Below are positions 1 to 11,425 of a stretch of DNA of 64,000 nucleotides, piece after piece. Location: positions 151,280,001-151,344,000 of the forward strand of contig NC_042999.1 of NCBI RefSeq assembly GCF_006345805.1, read 5' to 3'. The stretch's first letter is position 1, and every line of letters begins with the position of its first letter. The notes beneath the pieces are model-generated. The model was not told where the DNA came from, did not search any database, and worked only from the letters and a program-made list of their open reading frames with translations. Source of the stretch: Octopus sinensis. Its lineage: Eukaryota. The position numbers and the translations under genes are program-made.

Positions 1-300
1 CGTCCTTGGTTTGTAAAAATGTATACGGTAACGTCCTTTATTATTATTGTATATATAACATAATGTAAACGTGTAGCTTTTTTGTGCACTTTGTTAGCAG
101 AAAATAAAGAAATAACAGTAATAACGTTTAATAAATGTTGTTTACTGCAAATTATGGATGATTCTTTTATGACTTCATTGTTTTCAGGCTTAACCTAAGG
201 TATTTTCCTGCCCGACATCACAAAATGCATCTGAATAAACATTGCCGGACAGCAAATAGAGACTCGGACATTGCGTAGAAAATATTTTTCATTTTTAACC

Positions 301-378
301 TCGTATATAGTACGCACTAGGGATTTTGACCTTTAAATTTTGGGAGAAAATGCGGATTATACTCGAGGATTTACGGTA
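301..378. mobile_element. Probable terminus of a pogo/Tc1-type DNA element
   Basis: Ends TGCGGATTATACTCGAGGATTTACGGTA, whose reverse complement TACCGTAAATCCTCGAGTATAATCCGCA is a typical TIR style. The partner TIR is not in the window. Confidence 0.35.
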
Positions 379-626
379 CATATATACGAACAAAAATACC
401 CTGTTGTTGATGTTGTAATTCCAACGAAGGATCCTTGGATCTAGGTTAGAAACCGGTTCTTTCTCTATTGGCAAGAAATCTTGAAATAAACTGCATAATG
501 ACATACATACGAATTTAAAATGTGACATTGTTTTCGTTATCTACATTCCAACGACAAAGCTTTGTACCTTTGTTAGAAACCAGCTCCTTCCTCAGAAGAA
601 TTTAGATAATTAAAAACAGAAGAGGA

Positions 627-667
<41 letters not shown>

Positions 668-2180
668 TACATACATACATACATACATACATACATACAT
701 ACATACATACATACATACATACATGTGTTCTGCAAATTCTATTTGTAAGTGGAACACTGAAAAAAAACGCAATGCATTTCTAAAATTCAGAATGTAATTC
801 ACTCAATGTTTCGCTTGGGTAAAAATTTCAATGATGGGGCTTTTTGTTTCTTTGTTAAATACAACATCATTTATCCCGAAAGAATTCAAAGAATTAAAAA
901 AGGAAAAAAATAGGCATTTATTCATATGAGTTAGTTGGTGCGTTGGTTCTGTTAGTGATATAAGATGAAAATCGCCAAGGAGCCACTTAGCAGACAATGT
1001 AATTCTATGCTTGAGCTGGAAAAGAAAGAAAAGAAGGCAGCCAGTTGTGTAAAAATTGTTATAGCTGTGTATTTCGACTCGAGAAACACGGTCCTTTTTT
1101 TTTTTTTGTATGTGGGTGGCTGGCTGTTCGTCATTATGTTTATTCGAATAGTTTTGTTTAAAAATCCATACGGTAGCATATGTGTTTGTGCATGTGTATG
1201 TTCCCGCATTATGTATATACCCTTGCGTGTGTGTGTGTGTCTGTGTAGGTGTGCGTATGTGTAAACAACTAAGACACCAGTAAAAGAAATTTTCGTTTTC
1301 AACGAAATCAAATCATTTATTGTATTCAGATTTAAATATAAAATAGAATGTATTCATTCCTAATCAACATTAATAATCAATGTTTTTGGCATAATTATTT
1401 TGTAGCTTTTTTTTTGTCCTTAGTATTTTTTCGGTTGGAAGAGGGGCGTTTAATCGAACTTTAAGCAATCTTTTTTTCAATAATACCGTCTCTAATTTCT
1501 AATGCTCATATTGAACTATCTCACAAAATTATTGAATTCCACTTTGATTTGATTTAATTATCTGTCATAATTTTTCAATAGCGTATTCTCGTCTGGAGAC
1601 TGAACAGGATAGAATGAAAATTTCAATATCATTATCTTTAAGAAAGTTTTTCTCTAAATTGGCAGAATATTCAAGTGCAAAGCATTATCATTTTGGAACT
1701 TTGCCAAAATGGTATAGATAGGGTGTTGTTTAACTCCTTGCCTGTCAAAAGCATTTTCATAAGTTTGTCCAAAATATCCACGCTTGTTTTCAGACTTCGA
1801 GTTAAACCTTATTTCATATACATCATTTACATTATTTACATTATTTACAGTTTACGGATATCTGTCCTCATCTTGTTTATTGTTAACATATCCGTTAAAT
1901 GTAAATAATGTAAATAATGTACATAATTCCTCATCTCTTAAATATAGAACTGTCTTATTTCATATGCTCTGAGTAATATAAAGCTCTCCTTTCATAAGTC
2001 TCAAGTTATTTTGGTGGTTTATAAAAAATTGTGAATGTGTATCATTTATGATGAAACACGAACGCCAGGGAAATATATGCTGTGTGTCACATGTGATGTA
2101 AAACACAGCACACAGACAAAGGGTTAAAATGAAACCAAATATATAATACATTTTAATAAAATATTTTCTGCATTTCCTGT

Positions 2181-2460
2181 AGGTGTTGGTCAAGCGATGT
2201 TGGGGGGATAAGCACACACACACACACACGTGTATGTATATATATATATATATAATATATATATTATATATATATTATATATATACATATATATACGACG
2301 GCCTCTTTCAGCTTCCGTCTACCAAATCCACTCACAACACGCTTTAGTCGGCCTGAAGCTACAGTAGAAGACACTTGCCCAAGTGCCACGCAGTAGGACA
2401 GAACCCGGAACCATGTGGTTGGGAAGGAAGCTACTTACCACACAGCCACTCCTGCGCCTA
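2181..2460 (-). mobile_element. SINE family A (tRNA-derived, CORE-like body), lacking 3' tail
   Basis: Head GTGGCTGTGTGGTAAGTAGC...GGTTCCGGGTTC; body GTGGCAC-TTGGGCAAGTGTCTT resembles the CORE domain. Confidence 0.75.
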
Positions 2461-2513
2461 TTGAGAACAAAAAATACATACGCCTCTCTCTCTCCCTCAC
2501 ACACAGACACACT

Positions 2514-2563
2514 GAGTGGATTTGGTAGACGGAAACTGAAAGAAGCCCGTCGTATATGTATAC

Positions 2564-2617
<54 letters not shown>

Positions 2618-2933
2618 TAACAGAATGTGATAAAAAATGCAAGGCTGTGAAAATTTCAGAACATTTATAAATAGGTCTTACAGCTGTTTCCGGGATATTC
2701 TTTATATCCCGGAAACAGCTGTAAGACCTATTTATAAATGTTCTGAAATCTTTCACAGCCTTGCATTTTATCGCATTCTTTTATTTTTTTATATATACAC
2801 ATGCTGATATATGACTTACGTTGCACACCTCATTCACTGAACCTCTGGAGCTTAACTATAAGTCTGTCCATAGCACTTACTCAGTATTACCTGACACCTT
2901 TGGGTCTTATTGACACCATTACCTCTCATAACC

Positions 2934-3003
<70 letters not shown>

Positions 3004-3218
3004 CGTGTGTGTGTTTGTGTTTGTCCCCCCACCATCGCTTGACAACCGATACTGTTGGGTTTACGTCCTCATAACTTAGCGGTTCAGCAAAAGCCACACT
3101 GATAGAATAAGTACTAGGCATACAAACATTAAGTGCTGGGGTCGATTTGCTCGACTAAAGGCGGTGCTCCAGCATGGTCGCAGTCAAATGACTGAAACAA
3201 GTAAAAGAATAAAAGAAT
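2514..3218 (+). mobile_element. SINE family A, split by insertions in its internal microsatellite
   Basis: GAGTGGATTTGGTAGACGGAAACTGAAAGAAGCCCGTCG at 2514. The 3' half, with the GGCGGTGCTCCAGCATGG tail, lies at about 3010-3218. Confidence 0.75.
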
Positions 3219-3374
3219 ACTTACATCTTTCTATGTTGTAGATTGGCGAAAACTTCACACTCGCGCGCGTCGTTCCTTCTTAAGAGTATAGGGTATGTCT
3301 GAGGTAGATTTAACTGCTAGCTCTATCGGGATGAGGCTCCCAGCATCAAGAACTGTGTAGCTAACGATAAAATA

Positions 3375-3950
3375 TATAACCTTTCTACTATAGGCACAAA
3401 ATTTAGAGGAGGGGATAATGATTACATCGACCCCCATTGTGTAACTGGTACTTAATTTATCGACCCCGAAAGGATGAAAACAAAGTCGACTTCAGCGGAA
3501 TTTGAACTCAGAAAGTAGCGACGGGCGAAATACTGCTAAGCATTTCCCCAGCGTGCTAACGATTATGCCACGATAAAATGTATAACTATTACATATTCTT
3601 TTCTACTCTAGACACAAGGCCTGAAATTTTGGGGGAGGAGCCAGTTAATTAGATCGACCCCGGTACACAACTGGTACTTAATTTATTGACCCCGCCCCCG
3701 AAAGGATGAAAGGCAAAGTCGACCTCGGCGGAATTTGAACTCAGAACGTAGCAGACGAAATACCTATTTCTTTACTACCCACAAGGGGCTAAACACAGAG
3801 AAGACAAACAAGGACGAACAAACGGATTAAGTCGATTATATCGACCCCAGTGCGTAACTGGTACTTATTTAATCGACCCCGAAAAGATGAAAGGCAAATT
3901 CAACCTCGGCGGCATTTGAACTCAGAACGCAAGGCATTTCGCGCGGCGTA
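3375..3950 (-). mobile_element. SINE family B cluster (three to four partial units)
   Basis: Repeated ATCGACCCCGAAAGGATGAAAGGCAAAGTCGACCTCGGCGGAATTTGAACTCAGAACGT. Confidence 0.85.
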
Positions 3951-3999
3951 GCACAAGAACACAGCTTTGAATTTACGACCCAACAAGGCAGTGTTTATA

Positions 4000-4250
4000 T
4001 AAGTGATTCTCAACCATTTTTCACCTATGGCCCTCTTTAATTCCCATTTTACTCGGGTGGATCCTCATAGCCATTCCATGTTTAAAAGTTCCAATTGTAT
4101 TTTCAGAATTAAATCTTATTAGGAATTGTATTAAAATTTGCTAAAATATTTTGTGTATTGTAGATGTATAACCAGTTTATTGCACATAGTTTTTAACAGC
4201 AAAATCATAATGTGGATACCCAAGTGTCATAGGAGCCCAGTTGAAAAGAG
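4000..4250. mobile_element. Probable hAT-type MITE; related pieces at about 8450-8575 and 55628-55780
   Basis: AGTGATTCTCAACC...GTTGAAAA ends. The internal TATTAGGAATTGTATTAAAA and GTATAACCAGTTTATTG segments recur in inverted form at the other loci. Confidence 0.45.
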
Positions 4251-4779
4251 AAGCCTTGGTTATGTGGTTACTAGAAAGAGCAGTTGAATCTCTTCTTAAC
4301 TCTTATAAAGGAAAAGATAAATTGGTCAATTTAATCCTGGATATAAGATTGGATGGTAATAGTTGACCTAGATTAAACAGCCTTTTACAGTTCATACGAG
4401 TCTGTGCACCGTCGATCGATTTGCGAGAAGTAGCAGCCAAATCTCCATAAAGTGATATTTTACTGTCTTAAAGAAACGAAGGCTGTATTGGACACTATAG
4501 CCCTAGATATACTTTAATAATGGATGATCATGATTGGAATGTTTTCTATCATATGTATGCAAAATATGACCAACCTGAAATAAACGGAAGCGTAGTGTTG
4601 TCGTGTTCATAGTTGTCCGATCCATAAGTGGCACAAGGGGTGTGGAACAGCTCCAAGCGGAGATTGAAACCAGGTTTCTGTTCACTTTCAGAAGGAGCTC
4701 AAATCTATAAGCAATTCTGCAGTATATTCACATGTCAATATAAATATACAAAAATGCAAGGCGGCAAACTGGCAGAAAC

Positions 4780-5390
4780 GTTAGCACACTGGGCAAAATG
4801 CCTAGCGATATTTTGTATCTTAGCGTTCTTAGTTCAAATTCCGTCGAGGTCGACTTTGCCTTTCATCCTTTTGGGGTTTATAAATTAAGTATTAGCTGCG
4901 TATTGGGCTCAATCGACTGGCTGCCTCCCGCAAAATTTCGGGCCTTGTGCCTAGAGTAGAAAAGAATATAAATATACAAATATGCGTCGAGCTGGCAGAA
5001 TCGTGAGCATGGACAAAATGCTTGACGGCGTTTCTTTCAGCTCTCTACACGCTTAGTTCAAATCGCGCCGAGGTCAGCTTTGCGTTTCATCCCTTCGGAA
5101 TTGGTAAAATACCGTACGAGTGAGTACTTAGATCGATGTACAGTAATCCCTCGATTATCGCGGATGTTACGTTCCAAAAACTCCCACAGAAATAATTGAA
5201 ATCTAAAAAAAAAGTAAATACCTACCGGCCGCAGAAACATGTAATACACTGAGTATTCTGCGATATAAATTTACATATATTAGCTTGAAAAATCCGCGAT
5301 GTACTGAGTGCGCGATAGGTGAACTGCGATATGGCGAAGGATTACTGTAGCTGACTTGTCCCCTGTCCCTTTCAAAATTGCTGGCCTTGA
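4780..5390 (+). mobile_element. Two tandem SINE family B copies, the second interrupted by the MITE
   Basis: GGCAGAAACGTTAGCA A-box region, GTTCAAATTCC B box, and GTCGACTTTGCCTTTCATCC body. Confidence 0.75.
5141..5347. mobile_element. Tigger/pogo-like MITE inserted in a SINE
   Basis: Imperfect TIRs CAGTAATCCCTCGATTATCGCG / GCGATATGGCGAAGGATTACTG, with TA at 5139-5140 and 5348-5349. Confidence 0.8.
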
Positions 5391-5521
5391 ATTCTGCAAC
5401 GGACTCCACTCCCACTACCACCACCACCACTTGAAAGGAAATGTGATCCCCTTTCATTTATTCATCATAGAAATCTTGTAACTGGCATTATGAATCCTAG
5501 GGCTCAAGAAAAAAATTTAAA

Positions 5522-5897
5522 GCATGGCTGTGTGGTAAGTAGTTTGCTTCCCAACCACATGGTTCCGGGTTCGGTCCCACTCCATGGCACCTAGGGCAGG
5601 TGTCTTCTACGATAGCTTCGAGCCGACCAAAACCTTGTGAGTGGGTTTGGTAGACGGAAACTGAAAGAAGCCCGTCGTGTGTGTGTGTGTGTGTTTTCCC
5701 ACCGCCGCTTGACAACCGTTATTTGCGTGTTTACGTCCGCGTGACCTAGCTGTTCGGCAAAAAAATGACCGATAGAATAAATACCAGGCTTAAGAAAAAG
5801 ATAAACACTGGGGTCAATTCATTCGACTAAAATTCTTCAAAACGGTGCCCCAGCATGGCCGGATCTGACGACTGAAACAAATGAAAGACAAAAGATA
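5522..5897 (+). mobile_element. SINE family A, near full length
   Basis: Head, body, (GT)n and tail are all present. Confidence 0.85.
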
Positions 5898-6780
5898 CAA
5901 ATATAGAATTGACTGGAAAATGCTCAACAGATACCGTTATGTTTGTAAAAATTCCTTTGGAAATTAGTTAGATTCTTGAAATTAAGAAGGAAACTATTTG
6001 CCAATTCCTTTCACCCCATAAAATAATTTCTCACAATGCTCCTTTGTAATAGAATATGTTAAAATAACTGAAGGTTTAGTTACAAATACTTCAGAAATAC
6101 CTTTGCTAGTGATGAAACGAAGGGAAGAGAGAGATAGGCAATAGGGATTATTATTCTTTTTCTTCTTTTTTCTAGAAAATTCACTTTTACAACATCGTCT
6201 ATCGAAAGGTTAAACTTGATATATTTTACACTTTGTTTAAAATATTTCAAATTTGTGGAAATCGCACCGACATTGTGTGAAACAAGCTTTCGTTTGGCAG
6301 ATTGTAAAAACGACACACTGTAAAAATAATTTACGATCTGTCATTCCAGATGTATTGCAGTCTAAATTACAAGACTTTTATAAGAGAAGTTTGTTTCTCT
6401 GATATTGGTGTGAGTCTCCACAACACGTAAAATGTTGTTGTATTGTAAATTAGACTGCACGAAGCTTGGAAATGACAGCAGTAATTACTGGCTCGAAATG
6501 GTGTTAAGTGCTCTGTTCACATGGCTTTTAAAATAGCTATTTTAAGTTGATACACTTAACTGTAGTATCTGTTGAGCACTTGCACCTCTCCCTCCCTTGT
6601 ACTACTTTTCGTCAGAAACAGCCACGAAAAAGGTTTCTCAAGAAGGGTCTCCACAGATAATACATATCTCGAACCAGTGAATAACTCCAGTTGGCTGCTC
6701 TGTTAGCTAGTCTATGATCTTAGTAGACTTTATTTTCTTCTTCGTTAACGGTACTTAACGAGTCTGAAATTTTGACTTGG

Positions 6781-7300
6781 ATATTACTTACATTATTTAC
6801 ATTTGACGGATATTGTTGTTTGTTGTTAACAAACAACAATATCCGTCAAATGTAAAGGTGTCTTGGGGAAGTTTCGATGTTGTTGTTATAATTATTATTC
6901 AGGTCACCGCTTGGAATCGAACTCGGAATCTTGGAGTTAGTAGCTCTTAACCGCTACGCCATATGCCCGTAGGCAATTATGGAGTGAATTTTAGGGCTTA
7001 TAAATCTAATATTTTCCTATTCTTCTTTCATACCGGTTCCCATATGCTACTCATATCTACACTCGGTCTGCTTTGACGGTTGTTGTGTCCAAGCATATGT
7101 ACCGCTTCTTTTAGTTTTCCAGTTGTGTTCTCTTAGAAATGAGAACCCAGGTTCGAAATTTCCACAAGACATCTGATGAAGGCTGGAGAGTATATCAGCC
7201 GAAACGTTGTGTTAACAACAAACAAGATGAGGACAAATATCCGTCAAATGTAAATAACGTGAATAATGTACATAATTCCTCATCTCTCAAATATAGAATT
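6781..7300. mobile_element. Composite inverted arrangement of a tRNA-headed, HHR-containing repeat family
   Basis: Minus-strand tRNA-like head at 6903-6962 (A box TGGCGTAGCGG, B box GTTCGATTC), plus-strand HHR at 7168-7213, and the shared tail AATATCCGTCAAATGTAAATAA...AAATATAGAA. Confidence 0.6.
7168..7213 (+). ncRNA. Minimal type I hammerhead ribozyme motif
   Basis: GACAU-CUGAUGA-A-GGCUG(GAGAGUAUAU)CAGCC-GAAA-CGUU/GUGUU. Stem I is 5 bp with wobbles and helix III is the palindrome ACGU. Predicted cleavage is after 7208. Confidence 0.7.
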
Positions 7301-10300
7301 GTTCCAACTTGGATGTTTACAATTGTCAGTCACAACCTTGTTTTCGTCTTTATCTTCGTAAGCAAAATTGTCAAAAAGAAAACTATTAAAGTCAATCAGA
7401 TGAATAATTCTCCAAAACCCTCCACCAATATTCGAAGAGTTTGATCTACCCTTGGTATTTCTATACACCTAAAACTAGCGTCGAATATTGCGTGAGCTTC
7501 TGCATAAACGCTTAACCTGCTGAAAATAGCAACCAAATCTCTCTTATACCCAGTCACCTTAAACAAAGAAAGAATACATTATATAATGTAATCCGTGACT
7601 TCTAAACTGTGGGAATGGTTACGACTGTAATGATCGATCAGGATTGATTTGAGCCAAACGAGAACGACGATTCTTTTCCGAGAAACAAATCTCTCATTTC
7701 ATATTAGCGACTCATTTTTGTTGCCTCTTCTAAACTCTAAATTTTACTTTGTTTCCTTGAGATATTTCTGGCTTATATAATCCATCCTTTTGCTCACCAC
7801 TTGGATATTTTCAGTTATTCCGCCTAAAAGTCTCTTTTCCCTATATCTCTAAATTCAACCACTGTCTAAATCACTTTTCCAAACTTCTCAAGCCATCACT
7901 ACTGTCTGACTTACTTCGTCTCATAATCTTGTCTCTCTCTGAAACCACTAATCCCAATGACTTCAATACATACATCTCGTTTTAGCAGTTGCCATTTATT
8001 TCACACATACACTATTGATATAAAGATTCTGAGTTTGCCAGCAAGAACCAATTAGTCTCTTTGCTCAGTCTTCAAACATCTTGACATTTGTCTCACCTCC
8101 ACTGCCTGTATTTACCTATCAAAGTTTCTCTCATTAAGATCACTACAATTTTCGAAACTATCAAAGTTTATCTCATTAAGATCACTACAAAATCGAAACT
8201 ACTCACTTACATCATTCTGCTGCTCAACAAGTTCTGGCCGAAAAACCCACGAATATTTCAAGTCAGCTCACTTGTTAGACATCTGCTTATTTGGAAGCAA
8301 ATGTACTTAACGCCTGACCCATCCGAGACAAGCAAGTGATAGAAACTCTCCTTCGTAAAACCGAACTACACTCCGCCCAACTTCCAACTGTTACACACGC
8401 AGCTACACTGCATCACTACAGACAAACAATATAACTTTCAGTCTCTAGGGCAATGGTTCTAACCTAGGGCCCATTTGGTTCTTGAGGGTCCATATAAGAT
8501 TTTATTGCTAAAATTTATCTACAATAAATTGGTTATACTTCTATGTGACACAAAATATTTCAACAATTTTTTTATACAACGGTGGTGCATCAGCAAACGA
8601 CGGTGCACCAGCATGGCCGCAGCTCTGAGCTGAAACTGAAAAAAAAAATTCCAAATAATATTTAATAATAAAATATATGATTTTTAAAAAATATCGAATG
8701 GCTAAGAGAGTCCACCTGAGTAAAATAAGAATGAAAAGGGTTGAGAGACATGATCTTGAATGACCGAGAAACACTGATCAAGGGGAAGTCACCTCCAGTC
8801 ATCAACTGGGAGATGTTCTTCGTACACCATTTCAACTTCTGCAACAGAAATTATTAAGAAAGCAAAGCATTCTGTCGTGCACCACATCGCTTGTAAGTTC
8901 TTAGTCAAAAACACAACCAAGCCCTTCTACTTTTTCTCCAAGAGGATTCTTTACTAACTTTACCAAATACTCGCCCCTCTTCAAAAGACACATCACTCAT
9001 CAATCAAAATGTCGCTGCAGGAAGCACTCCTGCTTATGAAGCTGCAACATTTGCTGTTAGCTTTGATTCGAACTTCACGCGGTACAAAGACAACAGGATA
9101 CCTCCCACATTTCCTTGCCGTACGTCCATGGACGAACTCTTTCTACAACCTAACTTGGTGACAGGTTCAGGCAGTAACCTTTTTTAACAATCAAAAAGTT
9201 CACACACGAGCTATCTTCTGCCCTCAATACACACACACACACACATACACACACACTCTCTCTCTCTCTCACTCTCCCTTTCTCTCTCACTGTGTATAAA
9301 GTTGGCTACGTAGTGAATTTTGATTAAAGTTTACACCAGTTGCTTTCTAAAACTAATATGTAGCACTATGGTCGAGAACTTAATAACAGTCTCTATTTAC
9401 GAATTGCATCAAGTTTTAGGCAAAGATTCATTACGGCGCCGACATCATATAGAGAGGCAGGGAGAGTGGGGAGGGGAAGAACTTAGTAATGTGCAAATAG
9501 CCGAGTCGACATGATATCATACAACTAGCTACAAGATCGGCTGGATGGTATTCTGTCACAAGCATTACCTTGTGTCTTTGGTTCGGTAAACACTGAAATA
9601 AGTAAGTACACATGAGTGGAAATAGGTGTCACGAACAAGAACAATTTCTCTACTGCAAAAAGCGGTAGCACTGGAAACATACCGAATGTTTTGTGAGTTT
9701 GCGACGCTAAGTTCAATTCCTGCTTAAGTCGTCGCCTAGATGATGACATCTCCACCACAAGCAGCTTTTATTCTACCCCTTTGTCAGAATCGAGATATCA
9801 ACGTCCATAACCTTTACCGAGGCTTCTGCGGTTGGGGTAATTCTTATCCAATGACCGGAGATCCGATCTGAATGCCAGCAATATAACCGGATGATGGTCA
9901 TTTTATCTGGGCAATGGATCACATCGTTTACCAAAATCGAAGAATGGCGAGCGTCTGTGCAGTTTTTGTCAGCCAAATTTTCATGCGTCAGAGTTTGGTC
10001 GATCTGGCAGTGAACTTGAACTCGAAGCCATGTAGATTCAAAGTGAAACACCTTATCGACATGGCCATGGAGGCCTAGATAAATTATTATCTTAAGGTAA
10101 AAATAAATCTGTAGTTGTTACTCTGCCTCTAAATCGATTATGCGTCTCAGTGCAAAAGCTTCAAGTGTTTTATATTATGTTTCAACACAGTTGTCTCGGT
10201 ACAAGGGAGAATTTTATACGTGTATGTATATATATATAATGTCTATACATACATATACATATATATGTGTATGTATATATATGAATATACATACTTATAT

Positions 10301-11251
10301 ACATATACATATATATACATATATATACATGTGTGTGTACTGATAGTTGCACATATACACGTTTGTGTGTGCACACGTGCCTGCGTGTGCAGGCGTACAG
10401 GCGTGTGCGCTAGTATCTCCCACCAATGGAGAACGTGGTAATTTGTTATGTTGATATTAACGATAAAATATCTCCTCATCAAACTTACTCCATTTCAAAC
10501 ACATCTAATAGACTTTATCTTAACGTGTGCAATCATGCATTACAGCCGAGGGAAGATACAGACATTCACATCTAGGATGAAGGTGGTGTAGTGTGGGGAA
10601 GGGGTGGCGGTAAAAGAAAAAAAACGATGAGAGGCGAGAAGAACAAGGAAGAGGAAAAAACACGAATGAAAAATTTTTAAATACCAAAAACAAAACAAAT
10701 AAAGACGTGCGTGTAGATGATTTGTTTGCTTTTTAATTCCTTCATTCGCTCATTCTTACATTCTTACAATATCATGTTCTGTTGAAATATAATGCAACGG
10801 ATGCAAATTTTAGCCGCGATCAATATTTTGTGTGCACATAACGAAAGTTTTTTTTTCCTTTTTTTTTCCATTTTATCAGATATAAATCTCGCAATCACGC
10901 ACCAATGTTAAATTTTCCCGTGTTATGGCATCGCTTTTCGTATAAATAGATGAAATAAATATAAAGATATTTTATGATACGAAATGTCTAAATCGTTCCT
11001 TCTTTACGTTGGTAACTCTAATACCGTCAGTTAATACGTTCGTATTTAGTATTTTCCCGGGTAATAAATATACCCTGAGCATTGATATGGGATAATGGTA
11101 ATGATTATAGCATTAAGGTGGTGGTGCAGGCTGTAGTTAGCAGAATATGGGATAGACATACACGCATGTATGTATGTATGTATTTATGTATCTCATTCTC
11201 TCGTTCTCTCCCTCTCTCTATCTGTCTATCCTATCTGTCTAATCCTTGTAT

Positions 11252-11357
<106 letters not shown>

Positions 11358-11425
11358 AGACAGAATCACCATCAAGCAACTCAATCATCATTGAACGACA
11401 TTATCCACGATAGGAGGTACATATA

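Noticed and set aside
416-470. CCAACGA...GAAACCGGTT as a hammerhead relic, partly repeated at 545-590
   Set aside because: Helix III is palindromic, but the 5' core lacks both U4 and G5, so it is too degenerate to call.
7700-9200. Very old LINE-like sequence with a 42-bp tandem duplication at 8117-8200
   Set aside because: No unambiguous RT or endonuclease motif could be read.
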